Shown: positions 13,985 through 23,637, counted from the first letter of the stretch. The stretch: 64,000 bases of DNA from Chloroflexota bacterium (GCA_029262695.1 JAJCYV010000042.1:6518-70517); one strand, 5' to 3'. A program made the numbers and translations. Notes: generated by a model not told the origin, from the sequence alone.

Positions 13985-16228
13985 TCAACTGCCGAGGGGC
14001 GGGAGGCCGACGTACGTTTCGAGGAGGCGGCGCAGCATGGGCGCAACTTCGGCGGAGCCTGATTCGCCGGTCTCGAGGGCGCCGAGGGCGATGAGGCTGG
14101 GCGCGCTCCGGTCCGCGTAGGCGACGAAGAAGACGTGGTCCGAGCCTTCCGCCAGGTCTTCGGCGGTGCCGGACTTGCCGGCGACGTCGACGCTGGACCC
14201 CAGCCAGGCGTTGTACGAGGTGCCGCCGGCGCTCTGCGTGACGAGGTAGAGGCCGTGGCGGATGGAGTCCAGCGTTTCCTGCGAGACGGGCAGCGGCCGC
14301 ACCTCCTCCGCCTCAAACTGCTGGACGGCGATGCCGCCGCCGGCCGACGGCTCGCCGATGCGCCAGACCAGGAGCGGCTTTCTCAGCACACCGGTGTCGG
14401 CGATGGCCGAGTAGACGTTGGCGATCTGGATCGGCGTGGCCGTGACGAAGCCCTGGCCGATCGCCATGTTGACAGCGTCGCCGCGGAACCAGTACTCGCC
14501 CTGCGTGTCCAGCTTCCACTCCGGGTCTGGCACGAGGCCGGCGGCTTCCTCCATGCCGATGCCGGTCGGGCTGCCGTATCCAAAGTCGCGGATGACGCCG
14601 GGGAAGGCGTTTTCGTCGATCTCGTCCAGCCGCTTCGCCAGGTCGAAGAAGACGGGGTTGCAGGACGCCATCAGGCCTTGCGCGGGTGTCAGCCAGCCGC
14701 GGTCGACGGTCTGCCAGTTCAGCTGCTTGAAGTCCTCGCCCAGGGCGGTCCACTCGGGCACGCAATGAAACGTCGAGTTGATGTTGTACTCTGTCTTTTC
14801 GATGCCGGCGGCCATCGTTACCGGCTTGAACGTCGATCCGGGATGGTACTCGGCCAGGAGAGCGCGGTTGAGGAACGGCAGGTCGGGGTTGTTGAAGAGG
14901 TCGTCCGCCTCCTGCTGCGTGAGGCCGCGGATGAACGCGTTCGGGTCGAAGCGGGGATAGGACGCCAGCGCGACGACGGAGTTGTCCCGCGGGTCCATGA
15001 CGACGATCGCGCCCGGCCGCTCGCCCAGCTCCGTTTCCGCGCGCTCCTGGATTGCGATATCCAGCGTCAGCCAGAGGTCCATGCCCGGCTGGGAAGCCTG
15101 TTCGGCGAGCGTCGCCGTGATCGTGCCCTCGGGGCCCACCGTGGCCAGGAGGCCGCCGCGCCTGCCGGAGAGCGTCTCGTCGTACTGGCCCTCAAGGCCG
15201 CTGGCGCCGATCAGGTCTCCGGGCGCGTAGCCCTCGTCCGCCAGCTCCTCCAGCTGCTCGGCCGTCACCTCCGTCATGTAGCCGACGAGGTGGGCCGCCG
15301 CCGATCCGTGCGGATAGTAGCGCTGCGGTTCCTCGCGGACGACGACGCCGAGGTCGACCATGTCGCGGAAGGTCTGGACGTCGGCGTCGGTCGATCCGTA
15401 GGGGAGGGTCTGGACGGGGATGAAGTAGTACGAAGGGAGCGTTGTCTCGACGTGTGTTCGCACTTCGGCGTCGGACAGTTGCAGGGCGCTGCCAAGTGCG
15501 GCGATGGTTGCCTCGCCGTCCAGGATGAGGTCCGGCACGATGCCGATGACGGGTAGGTCGGCCTCGATCGCCAGCGGTTCGCCGTGGCGGTCGTATATCG
15601 TGCCGCGGCGGGGCACCCGCTCGAAGAAGTGCACGAGCGAGGTGTCGTCCAGGGCGCTGAAGTAGAGCGACGGCGTCCAGATCACGCGCCATTCCCTGTG
15701 CTTCTGCGGCTCGCCGCCCGGCTCTTCGGCCGGCACGGTGACGTCCTCTTGCACGAGCGGCATCGTGTTGTGGTCAGGGAAGTCTCCGAAGAACGACGTG
15801 TGGAACGTCACCTTGAACGGGATCTCGTTGTCGGCCGTGGCTTCGTCCTGGAACGGGCCAGCCGTCGTCGCCGTCGCCGAGGTGTCGGTGAGGAGCTCGT
15901 AGTCGATGCTGGTGATCGTCGCCTCGTCCTTGATTGCGGTATAGCGGTCGACGAACGTCTGCTCATCGATCGTGAGGCGGGATTCGGTGGCGACGAGGCT
16001 CCACATGTTGGCGAAGTCGTCGTCGGCCCACAGTTGGAGCCAGCGCTCGGCGGCCTCTTCGGGCGTGGCGGGGCGTTTCGTCTCCTCAGGCGATCCGCCG
16101 TCGCTGCTGGCGCAGGCGAGAGCGAACGCGCAGAGGAAGGCGGTGGCGATGATGAGGAACGGTAGGCGGTGGGGCATGGCGAGCCTGTCCATCGATCTTA
16201 GCAGCGGCCGGAATGAGGAGCGCTTCAT
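13985..16228 (-). CDS. Penicillin-binding protein 2-type peptidoglycan D,D-transpeptidase with NTF2-like N-terminal domain
   Basis: 747 aa. Active-site STFKP (SxxK) and a KSGTAE box. Signal/lipobox AFALACAS. The start could also be ATG 16192 or 16177. Confidence 0.9.
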   Translation of the reverse strand: MKRSSFRPLLRSMDRLAMPHRLPFLIIATAFLCAFALACASSDGGSPEETKRPATPEEAAERWLQLWADDDFANMWSLVATESRLTIDEQTFVDRYTAIKDEATITSIDYELLTDTSATATTAGPFQDEATADNEIPFKVTFHTSFFGDFPDHNTMPLVQEDVTVPAEEPGGEPQKHREWRVIWTPSLYFSALDDTSLVHFFERVPRRGTIYDRHGEPLAIEADLPVIGIVPDLILDGEATIAALGSALQLSDAEVRTHVETTLPSYYFIPVQTLPYGSTDADVQTFRDMVDLGVVVREEPQRYYPHGSAAAHLVGYMTEVTAEQLEELADEGYAPGDLIGASGLEGQYDETLSGRRGGLLATVGPEGTITATLAEQASQPGMDLWLTLDIAIQERAETELGERPGAIVVMDPRDNSVVALASYPRFDPNAFIRGLTQQEADDLFNNPDLPFLNRALLAEYHPGSTFKPVTMAAGIEKTEYNINSTFHCVPEWTALGEDFKQLNWQTVDRGWLTPAQGLMASCNPVFFDLAKRLDEIDENAFPGVIRDFGYGSPTGIGMEEAAGLVPDPEWKLDTQGEYWFRGDAVNMAIGQGFVTATPIQIANVYSAIADTGVLRKPLLVWRIGEPSAGGGIAVQQFEAEEVRPLPVSQETLDSIRHGLYLVTQSAGGTSYNAWLGSSVDVAGKSGTAEDLAEGSDHVFFVAYADRSAPSLIALGALETGESGSAEVAPMLRRLLETYVGLPPLGS

Positions 16229-16314
16229 CAGATAAACGGACGAAGGCCGCTAACGGTTCGCTCTGGCTGTCGTTGTCTCTAGCGAGTGCTAGCATCAGAG
16301 CAGGTTCTTACCTG

Positions 16315-17670
16315 ATGGACTACGATCTCCAGGACGACGTACGCTTACTCAAGAACGATAAGTTCCGCCGCCTTCTGCAGGCACGCTTTGTAGGTCAGAC
16401 CGCGCAGAACGCGATGATCTACGCGCTGCTCATCCTGCTCGTGACGGAGAGCGGCTCTTCGATCCACAGCACGCTGCTGATCGTGGCGCTCACGATCCCT
16501 TCGATCGTCCTCGGCATACCGGGCGGGGCGATCGCCGATCTGCTGCCGCGCCGTTTCACTCTCACGCTGGGCTATCTCGCCCGGGCGGGCGTTGCGGCGG
16601 CGCTCTTCTACTACAGCGGCGATCTGTTCTACATCTATCTTTTCGTGGTGATTCACTCTACGATCGGCCAGTTCTTCGGCCCGGCGGAGGCGGCGACCGT
16701 GCCGGCGATCGTGCGCAAGGACCAGCTTTCGACCGCCAACTCAATGATGATGTTGAGCCTGATGCTGGCGCAGATCGTCGGACTGGTCGTGATGGCGCCG
16801 ATCCTGATCAAGCTGATCAGTGCGGACGCTGTCTTCGTCGTTGCCGCCGTGCTCTTTGTAGTGGCGACTTACATCGTGGGCTGGCTGGCGAGCGACTTCA
16901 CCCGCACGCAGGACGAGAAGCCGCCGAGCATCGGCTTCGTCGCCGCCATGCGTGAGGGCTTCCATATCCTGCGCACGAACCGGCACGCTTACCTGGCGAT
17001 CGTGTACCTGACGACTGGCCTCTCGCTGTCCAAGGTGCTGATCATCCTGATGCCGAAGTACACGCGAGACGTGCTGGACATCGCGCCGGAGGATACGGTG
17101 TTCGTGGCCGCGCCGGCTGCTATTGGCGCGGGCGTCGGCCTGCTGATGGTGCCGCTGGCGATCAAGGTCTTCGGCGCCTGGCGCGTCGCTGCGGGCGCCT
17201 TCTTCGTCTTCGTTCTCGGCTTCATCGCGCTGGGCCTCGTCGTCTTCGTGCGCGACTTCGTCCAGGACAACTTCGACTTCGGGATATCGTTCCTTGAGGA
17301 CAACTTCAGCCTGGCCTCGGTGATCACAGTGACGATGATGCTCGCCATCCCGCTGGGGCTCTCGTTCACGATGCTGAACGTGGCCACGCGCGTCGTCATG
17401 AACGAGCAGGCGCCACAGGAGGCGCAGGGGCGCATCTTCGCGATGCAGATGGCGCTGGGCGACTTCCTTTCGCTCTTGCCGCTGCTCATCGTCGGCGTCG
17501 TCGCGGACGTTGTGGGAGTGCGGGCGACGCTGCTGGCGTCGGCGATCGCTGCGCTGGGTGTGGCGGGTTACCTGACGTTCTCGAAGCAGTTCGGGCCGGT
17601 GGGGCCGCCGCCGTCGTCAGAGGCTGGGCCGGCGAGTTCGGGGAGGCCGGCGCCGGAGCCCGGGACCTAG
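16315..17670 (+). CDS. MFS transporter
   Basis: Track ORF 16213-17670, most plausibly starting at MDYDLQDDVRLLKNDKFRRLL (ATG 16315). About 12 hydrophobic segments. The start is uncertain. Confidence 0.82.
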   Translation: MDYDLQDDVRLLKNDKFRRLLQARFVGQTAQNAMIYALLILLVTESGSSIHSTLLIVALTIPSIVLGIPGGAIADLLPRRFTLTLGYLARAGVAAALFYYSGDLFYIYLFVVIHSTIGQFFGPAEAATVPAIVRKDQLSTANSMMMLSLMLAQIVGLVVMAPILIKLISADAVFVVAAVLFVVATYIVGWLASDFTRTQDEKPPSIGFVAAMREGFHILRTNRHAYLAIVYLTTGLSLSKVLIILMPKYTRDVLDIAPEDTVFVAAPAAIGAGVGLLMVPLAIKVFGAWRVAAGAFFVFVLGFIALGLVVFVRDFVQDNFDFGISFLEDNFSLASVITVTMMLAIPLGLSFTMLNVATRVVMNEQAPQEAQGRIFAMQMALGDFLSLLPLLIVGVVADVVGVRATLLASAIAALGVAGYLTFSKQFGPVGPPPSSEAGPASSGRPAPEPGT

Positions 17671-18035
17671 GCGGCGACGCGTTCGGGCGATTCTGAGCGG
17701 TCGCTGGCTGGATCGGGCAGGAACATGATCGGGAGGGGCTGGATCTTCGCGAGAAGATAGAGGTTGAGCGCCGCGTAGGCGAGCGGAGCGCCGAAGAATA
17801 TGAGGCTGAGCATACTTATCAGGGGCCTTTCTTGCGCTCGCCGACCCTCGGCCTGGCGGCCGGGCGGCTGCGCACAATGGCGACATCTAGAGGGTGCATA
17901 TACAACTACGAACAGTGGCGCCATTTGGTTGCGCTGTCGGGTCGGGACGCGGGGCGCAAGCCGAGGCTTAGCGTTGGAAGTCTGAACATCTGGAGTACAG
18001 ACGGCCTACTTGACAGTTCGTTACAGGGTTATCGG

Positions 18036-18074
18036 GGCGCCCAGGGTGAGGTTTGGTGCCTCATCCTGAGCGCC
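18036..18074. other. Long imperfect hairpin (16-nt arms) in a gene-free region
   Basis: GGCGCCCAGGGTGAGG-tttggtg-CCTCATCCTGAGCGCC. No adjacent T-tract on either strand. Confidence 0.3.
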
Positions 18075-18161
18075 GCAGGGGAGGGTGCGTGAACGAGAGG
18101 CGTCGACATGGGTGACACACCCCCGTCCGACGATCATTGTCGCGGGGCGATGGGCCGGTGA

Positions 18162-18190
18162 TGTTACGGGGCTGTTACGCGGACGTTAAA
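18162..18190. promoter_or_regulatory. Phased direct repeats TGTTACG / TGTTACG / CGTTAAA (11-bp period)
   Basis: Repeats at 18162-18168, 18173-18179 and 18184-18190. The first 22 nt nearly match 2508-2529. Confidence 0.35.
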
Positions 18191-18217
18191 TCGGGCAGGC
18201 AGGGGGGATTCGGCTGG

Positions 18218-19378
18218 TTACCAGTAGTTGATCTCGCCCTGGATCATTGCCCGGGCGATGACGAGCCGCTGCACCTGCGACGTGCCTTCGACGATCATCA
18301 GTTGCCGGGCGTCGCGGTAGTGGCGTTCCAGCGGGTGGTCTTTCATGTAGCCCTGCGCGCCGAGGATCTGGATGGCATCCGAGGCCACTTTGTTCGCCGT
18401 CTCCGTGGCGTACGTCTTGGCGATGGAGAGGTAGGGCGCCCATTGGCGCTCGTACTTGCCTTCGTCCACGAGCGAAGCGCCGTGATACACGAGGTGCCGT
18501 GAGCCTTCGATGGCGATCGCGGCGTCGGCGAGCATGAACTGGATCGCCTGGTGGTTCACCAGCGGCTGGCCGAACGTCTTGCGCTCGCGGGCGAAGTCGA
18601 GTGCGTAGGCGATCGCGCCCTCGGCGAGACCGAGCCCCCGAGCGCCGACGACGGGGCGGCAGGTGTTCAGCGTTAGCATCGCCGTCTTGAAGCCGCGGTT
18701 CTCCTCGCCGATGCGCAGGCCGGCCGGCACGCGGCAGTCCTGCAGCACGATGTTCGCCGTCGGCACGCCGATGACGCCCATCTTGCGGTCTGTGCGGGGC
18801 GCGGAGAAGCCGGGCGACTCGGTCGGTACGATGAAGGCGCTGATGGCGGACGAGCCGTTGTCGGCCGTTTTGGCGAAGAAGGAGACGAAGTCGGCGACGT
18901 CGCCGCCGGAGATGTAGACTTTCTCGCCGTTGATCACGTAGTCGTCGCCGTCCCGCTTCGCGCGCGACTCCAGGGCGGCGGCGTCTGAGCCGGTGTTTGG
19001 TTCGGTCAGGCAGAACGCGCCCTTGATTTCGCCGCTCGCCGATCTTGGCAGCCACTCACGCTTCTGCCCCTCGGAGCCGCCCAGGTTGATCGGCTGCGTC
19101 GAGAGGGCGGAGAGGAGGAGGATGAGCGAGCAGGCGTTGTCGTGCTTCGCCGTCTCCTCGACGGCGAGCGCCAGCGCCAGGAAGCCGGCGCCGGAGCCGC
19201 CGTACTCCTCCGGGACCGTCAGGCCGAGCAGGCCGGCCTGCGCGAAGACCTGGAAGATGTCCTCCGGGTAGACGCCGCTCTCGTCGAGTTCGGCGGAGCG
19301 CGGCGCGACCTTCTCGCGGGCGATGCGCTTCGCGGTGTCGCGGATGAGTTTGTGGGCGTCCGACAGTTCGTAGTCCAT
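18218..19378 (-). CDS. Acyl-CoA dehydrogenase
   Basis: 386 aa. CLTEPNTGSDAA and C-terminal QILGAQGYMKDHPLERHYRDARQLMIVEGTSQVQRLVIAR are classic ACAD motifs. SD GAGGA. TAGAAT -10 upstream. Confidence 0.95.
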   Translation of the reverse strand: MDYELSDAHKLIRDTAKRIAREKVAPRSAELDESGVYPEDIFQVFAQAGLLGLTVPEEYGGSGAGFLALALAVEETAKHDNACSLILLLSALSTQPINLGGSEGQKREWLPRSASGEIKGAFCLTEPNTGSDAAALESRAKRDGDDYVINGEKVYISGGDVADFVSFFAKTADNGSSAISAFIVPTESPGFSAPRTDRKMGVIGVPTANIVLQDCRVPAGLRIGEENRGFKTAMLTLNTCRPVVGARGLGLAEGAIAYALDFARERKTFGQPLVNHQAIQFMLADAAIAIEGSRHLVYHGASLVDEGKYERQWAPYLSIAKTYATETANKVASDAIQILGAQGYMKDHPLERHYRDARQLMIVEGTSQVQRLVIARAMIQGEINYW

Positions 19379-19515
19379 GCGGTCCTCGCTTCTCGTGTGT
19401 GCGAGGGCTATTCTACGCTACGGATCTGCGGCACGTGACAGGGATCGCCCACGCGGGGGCGCAGCGCGTGTGGTCACGGGCTGCCACTGGGATCGAGCGC
19501 AATCTCTCGGAGTGC

Positions 19516-19586
19516 GGAAGGCAGCAGGGCGCGGAAGGCAGCAGGGCGCGGCAAGTGGCAGGGCGCGGCAAGCGGCGCCCCTACGG
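19516..19586. repeat. Four tandem ~17-nt units ending in GCGCCCCTACGG (same family as 6571-6640)
   Basis: GGAAGGCAGCAGGGCGC x2, GGCAAGTGGCAGGGCGC, GGCAAGCGGCGCCCCTACGG. The last unit supplies the TAG stop of ORF 19581-19856. Confidence 0.85.
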
Positions 19587-19856
19587 TGCTACGGTTGCGC
19601 AGGGGACGCCGTGCGCTTCGAGACGTGTCTGCCAGCGCTGCGCTGTGTCCTCCGCGAACATCGAGGCGATGACGGCCGCCAGAGGTCCGTCGGCGGGCGA
19701 CTTCTGCGAGACTTGCCACGAGCCCTCGTAGGCCAGCTCCGGGCGGCCGAGACAGACGGCCAGCGCGTGCCACTGCTCCGCGCTTTCCACGGCGATCTCG
19801 ATGGTGCCGTCGGAGCAGACGTATCGCTGTGCGCCGGGATGGTCTTGCTTCATCAA
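19581..19856 (-). pseudogene. Remnant of a family III (CaiB/BaiF) CoA-transferase
   Basis: The 91-aa ORF (YVCSDGTIEIAVESAEQWHALAVCLGRPELAYE...AEDTAQRWQTRLEAHGVPCATVAP) resembles only an internal segment of ~400-aa CoA-transferases. It is truncated on both sides. Its 3' end runs into the tandem repeat element. Confidence 0.4.
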
Positions 19857-19922
19857 GTCGCATACTACAGCCGTGGAGCGACGCTTCCTCAGGGGCGCGC
19901 ACCTGGCCCAGTCGGTGTGATG

Positions 19923-20489
19923 TCAGACGCCGATTTCGGGGCAGCCCGTAATCTGGTCCATCGGCAGGTCGCCCGTGAAGCGGAGGATCGCCAGCGCGTC
20001 CAGGCCGTCGACAATCCCATCACAGTTCATATCGCCGAACGGTAGTGCAGAGAGCGCAGCAATGTCGAGCTGCAGCCCCACATTGCCGTTCACCGCAATG
20101 GGTACCTGCGCCTGAGCCTCCGGGGTCTCACTGCCGCCAACATAGATGCCTGCTGTCAACGTGTAGTCGCCTGCGGGGAAGACGACGGTGTCGGTCGGGT
20201 CGCCGCATGGATTTTCATCGCCCGGGATTTCGGTGAGTACGGTCGGGGGCAGGACGAAGGGGTCGGAGGTTATCGGGACGCAGAGGCGGCCGGCCGCCCC
20301 GCCCGGGGAGTCCACGAAGACGATAAGCAGCTTGCCGGACTGCCCGGAGATTTCGGTGGACGATACGGTGACCGTGCCCGGCACACCGCCGCTGCCTCCC
20401 GCCGGCGTGCCGCCGAGAGTCCACATCAGAAGCGCCGCCAGCGCCGCCGCCGCGGCGATGGGGAAGATTGACCGCATCGCGAATCCCAT
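19923..20489 (-). CDS. Secreted protein with C-terminal Cys-containing dockerin-like module
   Basis: 188 aa. Signal peptide IFPIAAAAALAALLMW. C-terminus FGDMNCDGIVDGLDALAILRFTGDLPMDQITGCPEIGV. SD GAGGAGG. Confidence 0.8.
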   Translation of the reverse strand: MGFAMRSIFPIAAAAALAALLMWTLGGTPAGGSGGVPGTVTVSSTEISGQSGKLLIVFVDSPGGAAGRLCVPITSDPFVLPPTVLTEIPGDENPCGDPTDTVVFPAGDYTLTAGIYVGGSETPEAQAQVPIAVNGNVGLQLDIAALSALPFGDMNCDGIVDGLDALAILRFTGDLPMDQITGCPEIGV

Positions 20490-20590
20490 GTAATAGCCTC
20501 CTCACGTTCGTATATCGCCATATCGTCGGTGCGTGTGCAGTCAGACGAAAGAGCCGAACGGACTATTGTCACCTGCTTCTGCCGTGCTCC

Positions 20591-21403
20591 TCAGCGCATG
20601 ACACGGCCGCCGTCGACGTTGATCGTCTGGCCGTGGATGTAGGCGCCGCCGGGGCCGGCGAGGAAGGCGACGATGGCGCCGATCTCTTCCGGCGAGCCTT
20701 CGCGGCCCAGCGGGATCGTGCCCATGACGGCGTCGCGGATCGGGCCGGGGTCCGTGATGTCCTGCATGCGGTGCGTGCCGATGAGGCCGGGGCAGACGCA
20801 GTTGACGTTGATCTTCTGCCGCGCGAGCTCCGTCGCCAGCACCTGCGTGAAGAGGATCATCCCGGCCTTGGTCACGGCGTAGGCGCCGAACGTGGGCATC
20901 CCCTGGCGGCCGGCGATCGAGCCGATGTTGATGATGCGGCCGCCCTCGCCGCCGGCGACGATCGCGTTGCCGACCGCTTTTGTGACGAGGAACGTGCCGG
21001 TGAGGTTCATGTCGATGACGCGGCGCCACTCGTCGTCCGGGATCTGGAGGACCGGCGCGCGGTCGGCGCCGCGGCTGGAGGCGGCGTTGTTGACGAGGAT
21101 GTCGATGCGGCCCAGCTCGCGCTTCGTCTCGTCGGCGAGGCGTCCCGCGTCGTCCGCGGAGAGCATGTCGGTGACGAGGGGCAGGGCGCGGCGGCCGAGG
21201 GCGCGGATCTCGTCGGCGACGGAATCGATGTCGCGCCAGCCCATCTCCTTCTCTTCGTCGGGGAAGGTCTCGGGCGAGCGTCCGGAGCCGGTGATGGCGA
21301 CGTCCGCGCCGTTGCGGGCGAGGGCGAGGGCGATGTGGCGGCCGATGCCGTTGTATCGGCCGGCGCCGGTGACGATGGCGACTTTACCTTCGAGGTCTCC
21401 CAT
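20591..21403 (-). CDS. SDR-family oxidoreductase (FabG-like)
   Basis: 270 aa. KVAIVTGAGRYNGIG (TGxxxGxG), NNAA, and YAVTKAG (YxxxK). SD AGGAGGAA. Confidence 0.93.
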   Translation of the reverse strand: MGDLEGKVAIVTGAGRYNGIGRHIALALARNGADVAITGSGRSPETFPDEEKEMGWRDIDSVADEIRALGRRALPLVTDMLSADDAGRLADETKRELGRIDILVNNAASSRGADRAPVLQIPDDEWRRVIDMNLTGTFLVTKAVGNAIVAGGEGGRIINIGSIAGRQGMPTFGAYAVTKAGMILFTQVLATELARQKINVNCVCPGLIGTHRMQDITDPGPIRDAVMGTIPLGREGSPEEIGAIVAFLAGPGGAYIHGQTINVDGGRVMR

Positions 21404-21520
21404 GGTGTGCTGTTCCTCCTAGCGCCGATAGAAATAGCACACTCGCAGCCGCGATGGCCAGCCCGAACCAGAGAACGCTTCTGCTATGATGGCGCCGCCT
21501 AAATCGGGAGGGCACCTCTG

Positions 21521-21904
21521 ATGACAGACGAATCCGCCGACTCCTGCCTCTTCTGCGCGATCGCCGGCAGCGGCGCGAACGCGAACCTCCTGCACGAGGA
21601 CGAGCTTGTCCTCGCCGTCGATGTCCCGCCGGGCCACCCGGACAAGCGCGGGCCCGTGCACTTCGTAGTCGTGCCGCGCCGCCACGTGCGGGACGCGCTC
21701 GCGCTGACGGAGGATGACGGGCCGCTGCTCGCGCGCATGTTCACGACTGCCACTACGCTCGCGCGGAAGATGGGCGTCGCCGAGTCAGGGTTCCGGTTGC
21801 TCAGCAACACCGGCCCGGACGGCAATCAGACGGTGTTCCACCTGCATTTGCACTGCATCGGCGGCCGTCGGCTGGGCCCAGAGGCCGTCTGGGACCGCGC
21901 CTGA
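21521..21904 (+). CDS. HIT-family (histidine triad) protein
   Basis: 127 aa. CLFCAI and the histidine triad VFHLHLHCIGG. SD GGGAGGG. Confidence 0.93.
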   Translation: MTDESADSCLFCAIAGSGANANLLHEDELVLAVDVPPGHPDKRGPVHFVVVPRRHVRDALALTEDDGPLLARMFTTATTLARKMGVAESGFRLLSNTGPDGNQTVFHLHLHCIGGRRLGPEAVWDRA

Positions 21905-22001
21905 GCGCAGGACCGGGGCCGGTTCACTCCTCTCGCTGCTTGTATACGCTGCGCATCAGCCATGCTGATACGAGTGCTATCAACTTTGCTCTAATGAGCG
22001 A

Positions 22002-22035
22002 TTGACTGCCTCTGCGCCCGCAGATACAATATAGT
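22002..22035 (+). promoter_or_regulatory. Strong sigma-70-type promoter of dnaJ (TTGACT-17 nt-TACAAT), near-leaderless
   Basis: TTGACT at 22002-22007 and TACAAT at 22025-22030, with an overlapping TATAGT at 22030-22035. The ATG at 22040 leaves a leader of at most a few nt. Confidence 0.55.
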
Positions 22036-22039
22036 CACG

Positions 22040-23071
22040 ATGGCGAAGAATTACTACGGGGCGCTCGGGGTCAAGAAGGGCGCCTCGCAGAAGGAGATCA
22101 AGGCGGCCTTTCGCAGGCTGGCGCGCAAGCTGCACCCGGACCTGAACCCGGGCGACGCCGAGGCGGAGCGCCGGTTCAAGGAGATCAACGAGGCGCACGA
22201 CGTCCTGGGCGACGAGGAGAAGCGGGCGAAGTACGACCGCTACGGCGAGAACTGGCAGCAGGCCGAGGCGTTCGAGAAGGCGCGCGCACAGCACGGAGCG
22301 CATGGCGGAGGCGGGCAGTCGTTCACGTTCGACATCAACGACCTGCTGCGCCGCTCCGGTGGCGGCGGTGGCGGCGGCTTCAGCGACGTCCTCGGCAACC
22401 TGTTCCGCGGCGGCGGCTCGCGCGGGCCTGCTCGCGGGCCGGCGCGCGGCCAGAACGTCGAGTACGTCACCGAGATCACGCTCGAAGAGGCGTTCCAGGG
22501 GACGGCGCGCACGCTGCACCTGCAGGGCGAGTCGGCCTGCGGCACGTGCGGGGGCAGCGGCCAGATCGCCGGCGCTGTCTGCCACGAGTGCCAGGGCGTG
22601 GGCAGCGTCGCCCGGCCCAGGCGCATCGAGGTCAAGATCCCGGCCGGCGCGCGCGACGGAACGCGCGTCCGCATCGCCGGCGAAGGCTCGCCCGGAATGG
22701 GCGGCCGTCGTGGCGACCTCCACGTCGTGACGAAGGTGCGCCCGCACTCCGCGTTCGAGCGCAAGGGCGACGACCTGGTGCGCGACGCTTCGGTGCCGGT
22801 CGAAGACGCGGTCCTGGGCGGCGAGGTGGAGATCGAGACGCTGGCGGGCAAGCGCATCGCGGTCAAGGTGCCGGCGATGACGCAGAACGGCAAACAGATC
22901 AAGCTCACGGGCCTCGGTATGCCGAAGCTCGCGAAAGGCAAGAAGAAATCTCACGGCGACCTCTACGCCCGCGTGCGGATCATGATTCCGGAGGAGCTTT
23001 CGGACGAGCAGCGCACGTTGTTCGAGCAGCTGCGTGAGGCGGGCAATAAGCGGGCGGAGGCGAAGGCATGA
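22040..23071 (+). CDS. dnaJ: DnaJ-family co-chaperone (J domain, reduced CR zinc-finger, C-terminal substrate domains)
   Basis: 343 aa. [35 protein letters not shown] (HPD). Gly-rich linker. Only two CxxCxGxG units ([16 protein letters not shown]). Confidence 0.92.
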   Translation: MAKNYYGALGVKKGASQKEIKAAFRRLARKLHPDLNPGDAEAERRFKEINEAHDVLGDEEKRAKYDRYGENWQQAEAFEKARAQHGAHGGGGQSFTFDINDLLRRSGGGGGGGFSDVLGNLFRGGGSRGPARGPARGQNVEYVTEITLEEAFQGTARTLHLQGESACGTCGGSGQIAGAVCHECQGVGSVARPRRIEVKIPAGARDGTRVRIAGEGSPGMGGRRGDLHVVTKVRPHSAFERKGDDLVRDASVPVEDAVLGGEVEIETLAGKRIAVKVPAMTQNGKQIKLTGLGMPKLAKGKKKSHGDLYARVRIMIPEELSDEQRTLFEQLREAGNKRAEAKA

Positions 23072-23098
23072 CGGCGCGCTGGAGCCGCGCCAACCGCC

Positions 23099-23126
23099 GT
23101 AGGGGCGGTTCGCGACCCGCCCCTAC
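23099..23126. repeat. Perfect palindromic element GTAGGGGCGG-ttcgcgac-CCGCCCCTAC
   Basis: 10-bp arms, 28 nt after the dnaJ stop. A second half-element GTAGGGGCG...CGCCC lies at 23152-23181. Confidence 0.85.
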
Positions 23127-23216
23127 CACGCTGGCGAACGCCCGGACTGGCGTAGGGGCGACCGGCGGTCGACCGGCGCCCGCAGACGCACAGACCGGAC
23201 CGAACAGGATGAGGAT

Positions 23217-23588
23217 ATGACGGCAGAACGAGCGCGGGACGAGATGCCCGACGACGAGCCGTGCTACGTGATCAGCGTGGCGGCGCGGATGGTGGGGATG
23301 CACGCGCAGAGCCTGCGCAACTACGAGCGCGTCGGGCTGATCCGGCCGGGGCGCTCGCGGGGGCGCGTGCGGTTGTACTCGGCCGCGGACATTCAGCACC
23401 TGCGCAACATCCAGCGGCTGGTGCAGGACCTGGGCGTGAACCTGGCGGGCGTCGAGGTGATCCTGAACATGCGGGGCCGCATGCAGCGTATGGAGCGGGA
23501 GATGGACCTGCTGCGTCAGGAGCTACAGGCGTACCGCGACCGCGTGCTGCCAGCCGTGCCGGGGGACGAGGTGACAGGTGACAGGTGA
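23217..23588 (+). CDS. hspR: MerR-family heat-shock repressor HspR
   Basis: 123 aa. YVISVAARMVGMHAQSLRNYERVGLIRPGRSRGRVRLYSAADIQHLRNIQRLVQDLGVNLAGVEVIL matches HspR. Sits between dnaJ and clpB. The last codons and the TGA lie in the heptamer array. Confidence 0.9.
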   Translation: MTAERARDEMPDDEPCYVISVAARMVGMHAQSLRNYERVGLIRPGRSRGRVRLYSAADIQHLRNIQRLVQDLGVNLAGVEVILNMRGRMQRMEREMDLLRQELQAYRDRVLPAVPGDEVTGDR

Positions 23589-23637
23589 CAGGTGACGGGT
23601 GACAGGACGTGACCATGTTCCGTGTTCGGAGTTCCGC
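23571..23637 (+). repeat. Heptamer array GTGACAG x3, GTGACGG, GTGACAG, then inverted-type units GTTCCGT GTTCGGA GTTCCGC
   Basis: Read directly. Overlaps the hspR 3' end (stop at 23586-23588). Confidence 0.9.

Noticed and set aside
17667-17924. 85-aa track ORF, or its internal 48-aa hydrophobic version starting at ATG 17813.
   Set aside because: It has no SD or -10 at a sensible distance, overlaps the MFS gene end, shows no recognisable family and is short. It may be a small membrane protein but is unsupported.
19470-19500. GCCACTG 'B12 box' suggesting a cobalamin riboswitch.
   Set aside because: None of the other conserved cobalamin-riboswitch core elements are nearby, and no downstream gene lies on that strand.
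21970-22001. HspR operator (HAIR, CTTGAGT-N7-ACTCAAG) upstream of dnaJ, and at 23655-23680 upstream of clpB.
   Set aside because: Only partial matches were found: GAGT-N7-ACTT, GCTC-TAAT-GAGC, and direct TTGAG repeats. None is close to the consensus, so none is annotated as an operator.
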